A stretch of 61,381 nucleotides of DNA, the filler included, from Globobulimina sp. (lineage: Eukaryota), in the NCBI GenBank assembly GCA_003354225.1. It is 11 parts of 11 records of this genome, joined end to end, with 100 filler letters (N's around TTAATTAATTAA, not from the genome) between each part and the next. Parts side by side here need not be neighbours in the genome. Positions count along the whole stretch, not along the records: positions 55,899 to 61,381 come from PIVH01000550.1; 10 more parts are not named here. One strand, 5' to 3'. The notes beneath the pieces are model-generated. The model was not told the origin of the DNA. It saw nothing but the letters and a program-made list of their open reading frames with translations, and searched no databases. Made by a program: the position numbers and the translations under genes. Shown here in pieces: positions 60,090 to 61,381 of this stretch. Within the stretch, counting starts at the first letter, position 1, and each line of letters opens with the position of its first letter.

Positions 60090-61361
60090 ATGGCAGATGA
60101 TACAAAAGAAGAGGTAAAAGCCACTGCAAGCGCTTCCAACAATTGCAAAGAAATCATAACAATCAATATTGGCGGGTGTGGTGTAGCATTGGGTCAAACA
60201 TTATTACAACAATACTGTGCTGAACGAGGCATAGCCGAAAATGGCACAAAAGAGGCAAAATCAGCACATGATGATAGTCTATCAATTCAATTTGATGAAA
60301 CGCAGAAAGGCAAATATAAAGCCCGCTCATTAATGATCGATTTAGATCCATATACAATAAATAACATTAACAATGTATATACACATAAATCATTATTAAA
60401 TAAATCCTATTTAATCTCTGGCAAACATGACTCGTCGAGCAACTTTGCAAATGCATATTATATTTCTGGCAAACAATTAATTGATTCCATCAGTGACCAA
60501 TTACGAAATGCAGCTGATGCCTGTGATAATTTGCAAGGTTTTATAGTAAATCATGCGATATCTGGCGGTACGGGCTCTGGATTAACCTCCTTAATTTTGG
60601 AGAAGATTGCCAATGATTTTAAAGGAAAAACTGTGGCGGCCTATTCCACTATGCATGACGAGACATTTTTGTCGCATCCAACACAGGTTTACAATGCGGT
60701 GTTGATGATGCAACATATTAAAGATGAAAATGTTTGCCATTACTCAGTGATTTTAGATAACAAATCATTATATCAAATTGTCCAAAATGAGGTAGGAATT
60801 AAGACGCCAAGATTTAAACATTATAATTATATGTTAAATAAGTTAATATCATCGATAACCACACCGGCGAGGTATAATATCAATAATTGTAATTTGCAGA
60901 CATTACAAAGGGAATTGGTTCCATTTAAATCATTAAAATATTTAACAAGTTCGATGTGGCCAATTATACCAAAGAAAGAGAAGGAAATCATTTATAAAAA
61001 AGATATTCAATCGTTAATAAATCAATGTGTGCAAAGTAAGAATTTTATGACAAAGACATATGATTTTGATGCTGAGGAGGATAAATATATTGCATTGCGA
61101 TTTAATTTTCGAGGGAATGAAATCTATAAAGTCAAAGATAAAGCAATGGAGTCACTTGAATGGATTAGGAAAGAAAAAAAAGTTACGTTTTTGGAAAAAG
61201 TAAAAAACGCAAATATTGGCACACAATTTCATGATTCTGTGCCATGTGCATTAAGCAATGATGATTTAACTGATATTTGTAACCAATCGGTAATGATTGG
61301 AAATAATACCTGGATAATTCGGTTATTTTCAGAGCGGATGTCAAAAATATATGATTTGTAA
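60090..61361 (+). CDS. Highly divergent tubulin (alpha-like)
   Basis: KEIITINIGGCG, RSLMIDLDP, SSNFA, ADACDNLQGF..HAISGGTGSG, YNAVL, LDNKSLY, ISSITTPARY, LVPF, KYIA...FRG, MIGNNT. Confidence 0.88.
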   Translation: MADDTKEEVKATASASNNCKEIITINIGGCGVALGQTLLQQYCAERGIAENGTKEAKSAHDDSLSIQFDETQKGKYKARSLMIDLDPYTINNINNVYTHKSLLNKSYLISGKHDSSSNFANAYYISGKQLIDSISDQLRNAADACDNLQGFIVNHAISGGTGSGLTSLILEKIANDFKGKTVAAYSTMHDETFLSHPTQVYNAVLMMQHIKDENVCHYSVILDNKSLYQIVQNEVGIKTPRFKHYNYMLNKLISSITTPARYNINNCNLQTLQRELVPFKSLKYLTSSMWPIIPKKEKEIIYKKDIQSLINQCVQSKNFMTKTYDFDAEEDKYIALRFNFRGNEIYKVKDKAMESLEWIRKEKKVTFLEKVKNANIGTQFHDSVPCALSNDDLTDICNQSVMIGNNTWIIRLFSERMSKIYDL

Positions 61362-61381
61362 TGCGGACGAGGGTGATCCGG

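Overview
This window is not one locus. It is 11 unrelated contigs of about 5.5 kb, sorted by decreasing length (1-5500, 5601-11099, 11200-16694, 16795-22286, 22387-27874, 27975-33461, 33562-39047, 39148-44632, 44733-50215, 50316-55798, 55899-61381), joined by 100-nt N spacers that carry the six-frame stop linker TTAATTAATTAA. The DNA is AT-rich, gene-dense and eukaryotic, with short (about 50-85 nt) spliceosomal introns and the standard code. The gene-family mix suggests a foraminiferan/Rhizaria-like protist (inference). Recognisable genes: eEF2, an axonemal dynein heavy chain, a stand-alone GltD with an organellar-type presequence, GGT, two MFS transporters, a CTL/PNS1 transporter, a 7TM-RGS protein, PH, TLDc, Kelch, RCC1, MYND, RanBP2-ZnF, U-box/RING, GNAT, DUF4246, a 2OG-Fe(II) oxygenase, a desaturase-like protein, and divergent actin and tubulin. 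Main observations: (1) a roughly 30-aa module 'LxVxGYxR-x(6-15)-IPxxIxxLIxxF/Y', resembling a SOCS/BC-box or F-box, recurs about 8 times on unrelated proteins, including as an internal insertion in an actin; (2) a RelA/SpoT-like nucleotidyltransferase fused to ankyrin-like repeats, and an ADP-ribosyltransferase-like protein; (3) two divergent copies of a non-LTR retroelement (zf-RVT + RNase H) sharing a TGA-9nt-CACTACTA 3' end, one with an 18-bp TSD and one supplying the ATG of the neighbouring ORF; (4) a SCAB-like Ig-PH + mu-homology fusion; (5) an interrupted tRNA-Met relic; (6) probable amplification/assembly artefacts (eEF2 joined in frame to a bacterial thyA fragment, and a contig with a 119-bp terminal repeat). 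All domain calls come from motif recognition by eye; no searches were run.
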